Source: a virus | Taxonomy: Duplodnaviria > Caudoviricetes | IMG/VR virus record: IMGVR_UViG_3300046786_000688 | Coordinates: 1 to 60,190 of that record | DNA length: 60,190 nucleotides | Strand: one strand, 5' to 3' | Notes under the pieces: generated by a model | What the model saw: the letters and a program-made list of their open reading frames with translations, nothing else | What the model was told of the DNA's origin: nothing | Databases searched by the model: none | Shown: piece after piece, positions 9,512-19,093 of the stretch | Layout of the letters: each line of letters opens with the position of its first letter | How positions within the stretch are numbered: the stretch's first letter is position 1 | Made by a program: the position numbers and the translations under genes

Positions 9512-9835
9512 CTACTCTGGGTCAAACTCTAAATGAAAATGCTCGTTAACTTTGGTATCTCCCTCAAGGATAAAATCAAAGTTTTCGCCTAAAGCATCTT
9601 GGCAATCAAAAAGGATTTTCGCTTTGGTCACGGCATCACTAATGTGTTTACTCCGAATATCCAAAGCTAGTCCTTTATAGTGAAGGCTCCCAACCATATG
9701 CTTACCGCCTGTGCCTTCAGTTATTACAAGCTCGTATTTATACCTATCAAAAACCGCTTTAACGCACATAAGCCCCAAGACTATTTCTGGGCGCAGACCA
9801 TCAATCTTCACTCCAGGCTTAAGGCTTATGTCCAT
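9512..9835 (-). CDS. Peptidase M15 / DD-peptidase-fold protein, candidate endolysin
   Basis: SLHYKGLALDIR (H-x6-D) and HFHLE zinc-ligand motifs. Confidence 0.7.
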   Translation of the reverse strand: MDISLKPGVKIDGLRPEIVLGLMCVKAVFDRYKYELVITEGTGGKHMVGSLHYKGLALDIRSKHISDAVTKAKILFDCQDALGENFDFILEGDTKVNEHFHLEFDPE

Positions 9836-9838
9836 TCT

Positions 9839-10153
9839 CTAAAGACCGCTCCCTACTTCAAGAACTACATACCTATAAATAGAAGTATCAGATGCAGTAG
9901 CTGCTACAGTAAATCCAGTTCCAGCAGTAAGAGTCTTAACTGTCGGAATTGCACCTACTGTTCCACCTACAGTTTTAAGTCCAAAAAGAATTACTGAATC
10001 TGCTCCAACTTGTGCGTTAGCTACAGAAACTGGAGTTGCTCCGTTTGCAGTAAATTCTCCGACAGACTTTAACGAATAGTTAAATACGTCAGGAATAATT
10101 TCAGGCAACGGCCTAGTTGGGTCATCCCACAACGGTTTTCCAAGTCTACTCAT
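9839..10153 (-). CDS. Small beta-rich virion protein
   Basis: AGGAG SD before ATG 10153; GTGFTVAATASDTSIYRY fibre-tip-like segment. Confidence 0.55.
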   Translation of the reverse strand: MSRLGKPLWDDPTRPLPEIIPDVFNYSLKSVGEFTANGATPVSVANAQVGADSVILFGLKTVGGTVGAIPTVKTLTAGTGFTVAATASDTSIYRYVVLEVGSGL

Positions 10154-10173
10154 AAACAAACTCCTAAATAAAA

Positions 10174-10437
10174 TTACTGTTGATTACCGTTTCTTGCTCC
10201 AAGTTTTTCTGCTTCTAATCCAGCTAAAATATCTGCAGCTGTAATTTCTTGTGCATTTGCTTTCTCTTCTTCAGATGGGCCTACACCTTTGTTTTTTAAC
10301 TGATTAATTACAGCTACGATTCCATCATGCGCTTGCGCAAGTCTCATCCCCTGAAAAGGCCCAACAACTTGCAGCTGCGATAAATGCTGCAAAATCGCAC
10401 TCAAGGTTTTAATTTCATTTTCAAAATGGTTAGTCAT
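10174..10437 (-). CDS. Small helical protein, possible fibre chaperone
   Basis: Immediately downstream of the fibre gene; helical composition. Confidence 0.4.
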   Translation of the reverse strand: MTNHFENEIKTLSAILQHLSQLQVVGPFQGMRLAQAHDGIVAVINQLKNKGVGPSEEEKANAQEITAADILAGLEAEKLGARNGNQQ

Positions 10438-10438
10438 A

Positions 10439-12064
10439 TTATTTCCATGCGGGTATATAAAGTTGCGAAGCATCCGACTTAGTAAACTTAAGCCAAGTAT
10501 TAACTGCGCCTGGAGTTACTGCTGGGCAATTACCTGCCCCAAAAGCAGCAGACCCGGCACCAGTAGTTTCATTAGCTGCTACAGTCGTTAATTGTCCGTT
10601 ACTCTGTATAGCTAATCCAACTACACCAGAGCTCTTAAATTGAATCTGCCCTCCAGCATCAATACTTAGTGGAGTATTTGGAGTTATAAAAGTATCTGCA
10701 TACACACGTCGCCAAACACGAGTGGAGCTTCCTAGATCGTAAGTAATAGTAGTAGCTGGTACGAGCATGCCGGTAGAAAGAAGTTCGGCTCGAAGAGTAT
10801 TATTTGAATAAAAGTCTATCTGTCCTGTGCTCGAATTTAGTGAAAGGTTTAATCCGATAGCTTTTACGACCTGCGTAAATAGCGTATTTAGAATAAAACT
10901 GGGAGATCCAATATTATAGGTATTGTTGATAACTGGAACTAAATCTCCGGCTGATACTAAATTCCATCGCTGGATATTATTACTATAGAAATCAATACCA
11001 ACAGCAGCGCCTGCAGTGAGGGCAAGATTTACGCCAGTTGCTTTTACACTTTCAGTGTGAACAGTACTAAATAATTTAGTAGTACTACCTAAGTCATACG
11101 TATTATCAACATTCGGATATAAAGCCCCAGTAGTACTATCGAGCAGTAACACTAAAGCGTTATTGCTATAAAAGTGTATTGACCTTCCAGTGCTTCCTCG
11201 AAGCACTAAGTCACCCGTCTCTGCAGCAACTTGTCTGGTATAAGCGACTCTAAAATTATTAGTTGTATTACCTAAATCGTAAGTATTATTAGCTGCAGGC
11301 GATAGATGCCCAGAAGAACTTAGCGTTAGCTTATTAGTAGTTCCGGCATTAAAAGAAATATTCCCAAGAGTGCTGAGCGTTAAATTGCCTGCTCCAGGAT
11401 TATTAACTACCGCAGTATAAACTGTATTCCACCTATGAGTTGGGTCTCCTAATGTATAAGAAAGATCAACATGAGGGAGAAAATCGTAGTCAACATCTTC
11501 TGGAATATACAGGCCGTCGCCTAGCGCTTGAATAATATTATCTGCAGTGGCAGATAAAATTACGTCTCCCGTAATACATCCACCACCGTCAAACCCTAAC
11601 GAAAGAGTTGCGGAATCTGTGAAGCAAGCAATTGGACCGGCAGTAAACGTATATCTGCAGCCATGCTGCGAAACAAACGTTGCGTTCCCGCTTTCTGGAT
11701 CAAAGCTAAACGATACTTCGTTTCCTACTAAATCCTCGACCCACTGCGAGCCACAATCTTTACAAAAGATTCCAGAGATATCATCGCTGGTAAGCGCGTA
11801 CTCAGGGTCAGTCAGTAAGTTCTCATCATACGAGACTACATAGCGGTAACTCTCAATCGTTCCGCATGCCCCGACATTTTTAATACACGAGATTAACGTG
11901 CCTTCAATCGTATGAAGTTCAAAAGGCGTACTGCCTTCATCGCCATCCGGGCAATCAAAGGGAGCTAGTAATGCTGGGTCATTTAAACAGAGAATAACAG
12001 CAGGGGAAGTATCGCAGCAGCACGAGACGGCTGAACTAGATGTAAATGCGACTGTTTTTGTCAC
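10439..12064 (-). CDS. Tail fibre/whisker-like protein with five P-x-x-x-x-TY-x-LG repeats
   Basis: Five ~58-aa repeats such as LYPNVDNTYDLGSTTKLF; Cys-rich N-terminus; C-terminal WL...YIPAW. Confidence 0.7.
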   Translation of the reverse strand: MTKTVAFTSSSAVSCCCDTSPAVILCLNDPALLAPFDCPDGDEGSTPFELHTIEGTLISCIKNVGACGTIESYRYVVSYDENLLTDPEYALTSDDISGIFCKDCGSQWVEDLVGNEVSFSFDPESGNATFVSQHGCRYTFTAGPIACFTDSATLSLGFDGGGCITGDVILSATADNIIQALGDGLYIPEDVDYDFLPHVDLSYTLGDPTHRWNTVYTAVVNNPGAGNLTLSTLGNISFNAGTTNKLTLSSSGHLSPAANNTYDLGNTTNNFRVAYTRQVAAETGDLVLRGSTGRSIHFYSNNALVLLLDSTTGALYPNVDNTYDLGSTTKLFSTVHTESVKATGVNLALTAGAAVGIDFYSNNIQRWNLVSAGDLVPVINNTYNIGSPSFILNTLFTQVVKAIGLNLSLNSSTGQIDFYSNNTLRAELLSTGMLVPATTITYDLGSSTRVWRRVYADTFITPNTPLSIDAGGQIQFKSSGVVGLAIQSNGQLTTVAANETTGAGSAAFGAGNCPAVTPGAVNTWLKFTKSDASQLYIPAWK

Positions 12065-12089
12065 GACCCGCTTTTTCCATAAGAGATAA

Positions 12090-12117
12090 GTGAGGCAGGG
12101 ATTTCTCCCTGCCCCAC
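12090..12117 (-). terminator. Hairpin/terminator after the capsid gene
   Basis: Minus RNA GUGGGGCAGGG-AGAAAU-CCCUGCCUCAC followed by UUAUCUCUU. Confidence 0.7.
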
Positions 12118-12130
12118 AGTCTTTACATTA

Positions 12131-13990
12131 TTATGTTTCGCACTGCGTGTATGTCGGACCACCACAAGCTGGGCAGCTTGCATCGGTCGCTGTCGGTACG
12201 CATATCGAGACAACTCCACCTACGTTATCGCAGAAGGCAGTTCCACCGATATCAACAATCCAGAGATTGTTGGTCATATCGACGCTTACTACAGTGGCGC
12301 TCTGAGTAGTGCCATCTCCGTAGTATACAGTGACAGTATCTGCAGCGGTGTCAGCTTTGATTGGTTCTGCAAGATACAGATCCAATCTAGTTGCATCAGT
12401 GCAGTTCACTGAGTAGCTCAACACGCTTGACGAACATGCCAAGAGGTTCGAGCAGAAGATACTGGTGAAGTGATCACATGTTCCCAAGTCAGTTCCCTCC
12501 GGGAAAGTTACTTCAACTGCAGTACCATCAGCGGCTGCGTCTACAACAGTACCAACAATGAATCCACCAGCATCGACACCGAAGTTAATCGTGTCGCTTG
12601 CGACTGGAACTGGGTCAAGCGGTACGCTCAACACAAGTACAGTGTTTCCACTGATTGGATTGGTTGTTGCGCTCAAGATTAACGGACATGGACATAGCAC
12701 ATCAGGTACCTCGTTATCGCAATCAACAGGTGTTGGAGGACAAGCAGCTTCTGGCAACCACATAGCAGTTAATCCAACCTTTGGTCTTTCAACAAGAATA
12801 CCAAACATTGATTCGCTGTACTGCGGTGCAAGACCGATAGTTGCAGCGGTCACGAACTGACCAACTCTGCGCATCGGGTCTTCCATCGTCATTGGGTTCA
12901 CCCACTGCCATGAGTTCATGAATGCGTACTCAGGGCCGAATGAGGTGTTTTCACCAAGCGTAGTTGCCGTTGGCATATACTTAATCTTGAACGGATACTT
13001 ACCATGAATCGCAACTTCTTCATGAGTTGCAATCGATGGGTTCTCGTAGTTCGGATTAAATGCCGTATACGAACCAACCTGCAGAGGCACGTTAGTTTCG
13101 AACGGAAGGACTTCAATCCAGTCAGCGATGTCAGTGTCGTATCTGAACCTACGTGGGTACAGAATCGGAACCGGCAAGAACATCGAGCGAATCGTGGACA
13201 TGAAGTTATACTTCGTGACCAAATCATTCGATAGACCGGAGAAACGTACGTCTTGGCGTAGCGTTGGGTCATCCCTGTAAAGTCTCTGCTGCAACTGTGC
13301 GGAGCAGACAAGAGCGAACAACGGCGAACCATCGGTTACGTCAAACGGAATAGCGTCAGGAAGTCTGCGCATAAACTCGTAGAAGAACTCAAGCAATTCC
13401 ATGTTCAACATGGAAACTCGTGCCGTTCCAAGAGGACGATAAATATATGGGTTTGCAGTATTTGGTCTTGGACCAGTTGAGTCCACCAAGTACTTCTTTA
13501 AGAGCATCGTGAAGTAGTTAAACCCGATGTTCATTTCCTTAAAGAAGTTAATCTGCATGAACAGGTTCTGCACAGTCTGTGCAAAAATCTGCTCAAAGTG
13601 TGCAGTCGTTTGAATCTCTTTTACGCAGTAAGGCATGGAGCGAAAGTCTCGTTCCATGAGCTGCATAATCTTGGTCTCAATTCCTGTACCACCAAAGGTC
13701 GTCCAGTTGTATCCACAGCCTGGGCCTTCGCAAGGAGTACAGCCTGTGTTGTTACCAAGCATCTTCCACTTATCAAATCCGCGCTCAATCGGAGGCATTT
13801 CACCTCGGATAACGAGCTGCTGCTCAGTGGTACCTTGTCCACGAGCAAACTCTTCGAGCTGGTACATATCTCGTACCCAGTTCGGGATTTTGATTGTCTT
13901 GTTAAAGATTTGCTTAGCGATTGCAGGAGGAGCAGCTAGAAATGCTTCCTGCACTTCTGCTTGCGACAGTACACAACTAGGACTTGCCAT
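12131..13990 (-). CDS. Major capsid protein with Cys-rich C-terminal extension
   Basis: Position after portal and scaffold, followed by a terminator; ~400-aa core plus ~200-aa extension. Confidence 0.7.
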   Translation of the reverse strand: MASPSCVLSQAEVQEAFLAAPPAIAKQIFNKTIKIPNWVRDMYQLEEFARGQGTTEQQLVIRGEMPPIERGFDKWKMLGNNTGCTPCEGPGCGYNWTTFGGTGIETKIMQLMERDFRSMPYCVKEIQTTAHFEQIFAQTVQNLFMQINFFKEMNIGFNYFTMLLKKYLVDSTGPRPNTANPYIYRPLGTARVSMLNMELLEFFYEFMRRLPDAIPFDVTDGSPLFALVCSAQLQQRLYRDDPTLRQDVRFSGLSNDLVTKYNFMSTIRSMFLPVPILYPRRFRYDTDIADWIEVLPFETNVPLQVGSYTAFNPNYENPSIATHEEVAIHGKYPFKIKYMPTATTLGENTSFGPEYAFMNSWQWVNPMTMEDPMRRVGQFVTAATIGLAPQYSESMFGILVERPKVGLTAMWLPEAACPPTPVDCDNEVPDVLCPCPLILSATTNPISGNTVLVLSVPLDPVPVASDTINFGVDAGGFIVGTVVDAAADGTAVEVTFPEGTDLGTCDHFTSIFCSNLLACSSSVLSYSVNCTDATRLDLYLAEPIKADTAADTVTVYYGDGTTQSATVVSVDMTNNLWIVDIGGTAFCDNVGGVVSICVPTATDASCPACGGPTYTQCET

Positions 13991-14002
13991 AAAAGAAACT
14001 CT

Positions 14003-14098
14003 CTAAGAAAAGTAGAAAAACGAGCAATAAACGTGCGAATTAACTCCACCATAGGAGTCGCACAGCTTTTATTATTTTTGTTTCCTACAAGTTCCTAG
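14003..14098 (-). promoter_or_regulatory. Long structured 5' leader of the capsid gene
   Basis: Nested stems CUAGGAA/UUCUUAG, GUAGGAAAC/GUUUUUCUAC, UAAUAAA/UUUAUUG, GUGCGA/UCGCAC, CUCC/GGAG. Confidence 0.6.
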
Positions 14099-14188
14099 CG
14101 TTTCACCGGAGCCTAAACCCGTTAGTTGGCACTTGCATGTATTTACTTAACCGGAAAATACAGTCCCGTATCTCTAAGTTTATGCAGG

Positions 14189-15604
14189 TTATCGACGCTT
14201 TGACAATATGCTTTGTGTGATACTCTTTGCCTCATCCTCTGGAGTCAGCGACTTTTGCGGAGCGACAGCCGCACTACTTGGCACTCCTCCTCCCACATTT
14301 GGACGAATTATTCCGCTATATCTTTGAGTACCTTCTTCAAGCTCTTTAATATGTTGCAGCGCATTATTCCTAGTTGTAACTGCGACTCCCGTAGCATGAG
14401 CCTGCAGAAACGCCGATGCTAAAGCGTTAAGCGTAGCCTCTGGAATATCTTTAGCTCCAGCATCAGCAAGCTGTTTTACTAATGCTTGAAAGTCTTGAAC
14501 GGCCTGCGAAAGTATCGGATTAACAAATCTTGCGTTAAATTCTGGATCATTATCTCTAGGAATCAGCTCAGGGATTTTCCCTTCATTCCTAATTCTTCCA
14601 AGCGTATTCGCCCAAGAGCTCTTTGCAGACTCGTATATTTGCACCTTTCTCTGTGCTTCCTGAGCAGTTCTTACCTGCTCACCCTCTGCCATAATCTCTG
14701 CCAAAATCTTAGCTGGAGCATTCTCCGCTTCTTTCGCCTGAGTAGCTAAGTCTTTGACATTATTAAGAATTCCTTTAACTTCAAGCGCTCCAATTCCGTC
14801 AAAGCTTTCGGACAAAAATTCATTCAATTCTCTTTCGCTTTTGCTGTTAACGGCCTTATCAATAAGCTCGTCATGCACTTCTGCAGGAATCTCATACTCT
14901 TTAAAGATAGTCTTAAGCCGGTTCTTTTTCTCTTCTAAAGGCTTAACAAACTTTTCCTGATACTCAGGAGACTTCTTTAAATCAACAAGCTGCTCATAGC
15001 GCTTAAGACGTTGAATTTCCCGCTCTCTTTCTTCTATAGCCTGGGGCGTAGCCTTGCCCGTATCAAGCTCTTCAAGCCTTTTTTTCGCATCAAGAAGCTC
15101 TTGCTCCTTTTGCTTTAAGGTTTTTCTGGTGTCTTTAAACTTTCCTTGGAGGGCTCTAAAAGCTTCTCTTGCCGGGGCGTCAGTAGGTTCTTGAAGAAGC
15201 GGGTCACTTTCTGCATCGCTGTCAGCTTGGGCTGCTGGATCTGTAGCTCCGTCAGGCTTTGCGTCTGCACCAAAGCTTGGGGCTGGCTCTGCGCTGTCAG
15301 CTCCTTTATTTTGCGGTTCGTTCTTATTGCCTGCTGCGTTACTTTGGCCTGCTCCGGGCGTCTCTTTTGCGACACTGCTCTGCGGCGTATTGGCTTGCTC
15401 ATGTGCTGTCTTTGCCTCATTAAATATATCTTGAGGAGATTTAGCCGGAGCCTGAACTCCAGGTATCTCAGAGTTCTTTCTAATAAAGTCTAAAGGAGAT
15501 TCTCCTGGCTGAGAAGGCATTAAATCCAAGTTGCCAGCAGGCAATATCTTACTGCTATCAGAGGGACTTTTTAATACCTGCGTCTGCTGGGGCAGAACCG
15601 CCAT
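14189..15604 (-). CDS. Capsid scaffolding protein (start uncertain)
   Basis: Disordered P/A/Q/E-rich N-terminus, coiled-coil core, located between portal and capsid genes. Confidence 0.65.
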   Translation of the reverse strand: MAVLPQQTQVLKSPSDSSKILPAGNLDLMPSQPGESPLDFIRKNSEIPGVQAPAKSPQDIFNEAKTAHEQANTPQSSVAKETPGAGQSNAAGNKNEPQNKGADSAEPAPSFGADAKPDGATDPAAQADSDAESDPLLQEPTDAPAREAFRALQGKFKDTRKTLKQKEQELLDAKKRLEELDTGKATPQAIEEREREIQRLKRYEQLVDLKKSPEYQEKFVKPLEEKKNRLKTIFKEYEIPAEVHDELIDKAVNSKSERELNEFLSESFDGIGALEVKGILNNVKDLATQAKEAENAPAKILAEIMAEGEQVRTAQEAQRKVQIYESAKSSWANTLGRIRNEGKIPELIPRDNDPEFNARFVNPILSQAVQDFQALVKQLADAGAKDIPEATLNALASAFLQAHATGVAVTTRNNALQHIKELEEGTQRYSGIIRPNVGGGVPSSAAVAPQKSLTPEDEAKSITQSILSKRR

Positions 15605-16004
15605 TGACTGGCTTTGCGGTTGTGAACTGCTTGTAGTCGGGCTTCCTTCCGTTCCTGATTGCATCGGCTTCTTCCTTAGTTAAAGTTCCTTTTTGTATCG
15701 CGTACTCGATACCGTTAAAATCCATTCGAGGAACAGAAACGCCACGTTCCTGCTCCATATAGAGCTCTTTAAAATTGACTAGCACTTCCAAAGAATCGAG
15801 TGCCCCCGCTGAATACGCGCCCGATAACGCCATCGATTCCTGCTGACTATTCCCATGCAAAATAATCTTTGGACGATATGCAAGCTTTAGAATCTCTAAA
15901 ACTCCAGAGCGTTGCAGCAGCTCAATTCCTTGAGCGTACATAGATAAAGCTTGCCCATTCGCAGCAAGCTCTTTGATCATTTTTTCTTGTATCTTTTCTA
16001 GCAT
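15558..16004 (-). CDS. Hypothetical head-module protein
   Basis: 148 aa between portal and scaffold. Confidence 0.55.
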   Translation of the reverse strand: MLEKIQEKMIKELAANGQALSMYAQGIELLQRSGVLEILKLAYRPKIILHGNSQQESMALSGAYSAGALDSLEVLVNFKELYMEQERGVSVPRMDFNGIEYAIQKGTLTKEEADAIRNGRKPDYKQFTTAKPVNGGSAPADAGIKKSL

Positions 16005-16025
16005 TGTGTGGTTTGCTTTGAAGAA

Positions 16026-18470
16026 TTATATGTTCGGTTCTATATCATAAGGCGCAGGAGTAATTCCATTTAACTGCGTTAATTGGCTTCTAGCCTCTTC
16101 TAAAGGCATATTCTCTACAGCTTTATCCTGTTCTGCAATACTTTTATTTTGAGCCTCAAGCCTTACTTTTAGCCTATTAGTATCTGCATCCAGAGTAACC
16201 TTTTCCTTCATGATATCCGCTCTAGTCTTATTGGCTTCATCAGCACGTTGCAATTGAGAAGATATCTTCATGTCAGCACGTTTCTCCGCATTGACCGCTT
16301 TCATCGTAGCTAGTTGCTCATCCGTCATTGCCTGCTGAGTCTGCTGTTGCTGCTCTTGCTCTTTCTTAATCTGCGCTTGCAGCTGAGCTCCAGCATTCTT
16401 TCTATTTAACCTTGCATAATCAGATAGCTGGTCCCAAGGCTTTTTCATCTGCTTAATAAAATCTTGCTCAAATATATTTTGAGCCATCGCCTGCCAGTGC
16501 TCCATCATATGCGGAATAAGAACAGAGAATATCTTATCCGCTTCAATTGCATTAGTTTGCTGCTGCTGGATAGCTTGAATCGTCAATTCACCCAGCGCCA
16601 TGTGCGTGACAAAATGCGCTTCATGCTCATTATCCAGTGAGAATACAGGCGATTTCGCCATCTGCATCACGGCATTCTCAACACCAGCTAATGACGCACC
16701 ACCTCTAGACTCGTCTTTAGTCATCGAATCGCCAAGGAATGTTTCGATATATTCAGGTCCAAAATCAGCAATCACTGCCATACGCTGAAACGCCAACCGG
16801 CCTTTAGGACCAAGGCTTGAAACCATCGGCGCAAAATCTTGTAGCGCCATTTTAATTCCCACTAACGAGCCATCGCCTGCAGCACGAGCAGCTTTAACTT
16901 TCACATACGGCGGTAGCTGGTTACGCTTAACGCCTTTAGTCGCAAAGAAAATCTCAGGAACTCCGTCATTTATACAAAGCTCTTTCCAGCGCATCACCTG
17001 GTCATGGCCTGGATTTCCAGATTTAGAGTGATACATCTTAGTGGTCATGTTTCTAACCACGTTATCAAACTGCGTATAAAAATGAGCGATAACGTTTTTA
17101 AGAACTCCAAACTCTTTATAGTCTCTAGCTCTTGCGTCAGAAGGTGCGAGCGATCCTTGAGACTTATCCGGCATCATCGGGTCATCGCCAGAGTTTATCA
17201 GATTATTTTTAATCTTCGCGCTCGTGTACTGCGAAGCAGCAATCACTTGAGAGATATTTTCTCCAAGCTGGTTTCTTACAACTGTAGCAGTTCCAATATC
17301 CGTTGGAACTCCAGGGTATATACGAATCTGGCCTACATCTTTTGCGCCGGTTGGAACCGTTTGAATCAACAACGTGGCCGACATCTTAGCCATATCAATG
17401 ACCGAGCAATCAAGCTGCATCGTTGCCTGCGCTGCAGAATATATCTTATGCCCCAGTCCTAAATTCGAATGAATCGTAAATTCACCGGGAGACATGGTGA
17501 ATATCGTAACTCCCTCATCCATTGACTCATACTGCCGGTCAGCTTTGAATACGAACTCATTAAAATCAAAATACGGATGGAAAATATAGTGCGTAATCTT
17601 TCCATCGTATTCTTGAGAAAACATCGAAACGAGCTTGATATTATCAGTAAACGTTTGGTTATAAGTCGTATCACCATTTTGAATATGACGCTGAATATCC
17701 ATCGCGTCATATATTTGAAAGTTCTGCTTTGTCGCATCGTTTGCAGTAAACAAAAGCAGTTGCGCCAGTGCATCTTTATCCCAAGGAGTAGCCCCTGCAG
17801 GCTTATCCTTAATCTGCATATAGACTTCCATCAGATACTGCGCAGTGAATATTGATTCAACGCATACGCAAGTAACCAGCGAGATATCCGTTTGCGCTTG
17901 GTCTTGCACAAAAAATCTAGAGAGCTCCACAGTCTTCCAGCGCCAGTCATGCTCATCCGGCCATAAAGCCACAGACACGCCAAGCTTCACTAACTGCCCC
18001 GTTAGCGTATTAAATACGACATTAAACGAAGGCCATTCACGCACCACAGTTGTCCAGTGCCTTGACATAATCTCTCCCCACTTTGCTGCATCAGGGATTG
18101 GCACATCCGGTGCGGGGGAGATTAGTTCAAAGTTCACTAGGTACTGCGAAGAGTTTACCAGGTTCCAAAGAGCCAAAGCTTCTTGTTCATAAAATGAACG
18201 AGCTTCCAAATTATTAAAATTTGCAATATGCGATAACCTTGCCGCTGCTAAATCCGTAGGTGAATACGGAGGGTTTCCTGCAATTAGTCCCTCGATATGC
18301 GCATACAATTCAATACGTGGAAGATGCTCTAAGCGATATTGAAAATATATCGCTTTCGCTGCAGGGACAGTCATTATGATATTTTCTGGTGCATCAAGCA
18401 CCCCAGGAGCTGGAGAAGTTATCTGCCCACGAATAAAGTTTGTAGGAGAAAATCCTGGTTCATTTGCCAT
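16026..18470 (-). CDS. Portal protein
   Basis: 814 aa, Q-rich coiled-coil C-terminal barrel, DNEHEAH motif, head-module position. Confidence 0.75.
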   Translation of the reverse strand: MANEPGFSPTNFIRGQITSPAPGVLDAPENIIMTVPAAKAIYFQYRLEHLPRIELYAHIEGLIAGNPPYSPTDLAAARLSHIANFNNLEARSFYEQEALALWNLVNSSQYLVNFELISPAPDVPIPDAAKWGEIMSRHWTTVVREWPSFNVVFNTLTGQLVKLGVSVALWPDEHDWRWKTVELSRFFVQDQAQTDISLVTCVCVESIFTAQYLMEVYMQIKDKPAGATPWDKDALAQLLLFTANDATKQNFQIYDAMDIQRHIQNGDTTYNQTFTDNIKLVSMFSQEYDGKITHYIFHPYFDFNEFVFKADRQYESMDEGVTIFTMSPGEFTIHSNLGLGHKIYSAAQATMQLDCSVIDMAKMSATLLIQTVPTGAKDVGQIRIYPGVPTDIGTATVVRNQLGENISQVIAASQYTSAKIKNNLINSGDDPMMPDKSQGSLAPSDARARDYKEFGVLKNVIAHFYTQFDNVVRNMTTKMYHSKSGNPGHDQVMRWKELCINDGVPEIFFATKGVKRNQLPPYVKVKAARAAGDGSLVGIKMALQDFAPMVSSLGPKGRLAFQRMAVIADFGPEYIETFLGDSMTKDESRGGASLAGVENAVMQMAKSPVFSLDNEHEAHFVTHMALGELTIQAIQQQQTNAIEADKIFSVLIPHMMEHWQAMAQNIFEQDFIKQMKKPWDQLSDYARLNRKNAGAQLQAQIKKEQEQQQQTQQAMTDEQLATMKAVNAEKRADMKISSQLQRADEANKTRADIMKEKVTLDADTNRLKVRLEAQNKSIAEQDKAVENMPLEEARSQLTQLNGITPAPYDIEPNI

Positions 18471-18476
18471 AATGAG

Positions 18477-19049
18477 TTACTTCCCTTTTTGCCAGCAGAA
18501 AGAGGGAAGTTTATTATCCTCTTTCTTGGAAAGCTCAAACGGCGGGGGAGACCATACCTTAGCTTTAAGACAGCAGCTGCAAATATTACAGTTACCTAAA
18601 GCGTCGTGGTCGGCGGTCTTCTTTCCTCCAGTCGCTGCCTCGGCAATAGAATCCGACCACTCAATAAACTTATTCCTGTCAGGGAATACATTGTGGGGGC
18701 AATTCTTGCATATGGCAGCGCGTTTATCAGCTTCCTCTTGGCTAACCATTCTATGGTATAAGAGATTTTTAAGAAGCGATACTCCCCCTTTAATATACTG
18801 AATAACGTTTCGCTTCAGGGGTTCTGCACTTGGCTCGCATACCCCAGTATTTGTTGGAAGCATACAGTTATAGTGAACAACCACATCTTCTAGATACTCT
18901 AAAGGCTCTAGGTCATTTTGCTCCCTATACGTTCTGATATGGGAGCAGATACCTTTTAACGTTGTAGCTTGAAATTTAAATTTTGTGTCAGGGTCTACGA
19001 ACAGGTATTTCTGAAATCCTAAGAATGGCTTTGGTCGTCTAAGAATCAT
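18477..19049 (-). CDS. Cys-rich putative zinc-binding protein
   Basis: RAAICKNCPHN...CNICSCCLKAKV...FCW; likely ATG at 19049. Confidence 0.6.
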   Translation of the reverse strand: MILRRPKPFLGFQKYLFVDPDTKFKFQATTLKGICSHIRTYREQNDLEPLEYLEDVVVHYNCMLPTNTGVCEPSAEPLKRNVIQYIKGGVSLLKNLLYHRMVSQEEADKRAAICKNCPHNVFPDRNKFIEWSDSIAEAATGGKKTADHDALGNCNICSCCLKAKVWSPPPFELSKKEDNKLPSFCWQKGK

Positions 19050-19093
19050 ATGTGTGGTATGCAAAAGCTTTCTTTGCAAATATACTACAGGCA

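Noticed and set aside
15558-15664. Long overlap between the 148-aa gene and the scaffold gene as a programmed frameshift
   Set aside because: More simply explained by a later scaffold start (15604 or beyond); no convincing slippery site identified.
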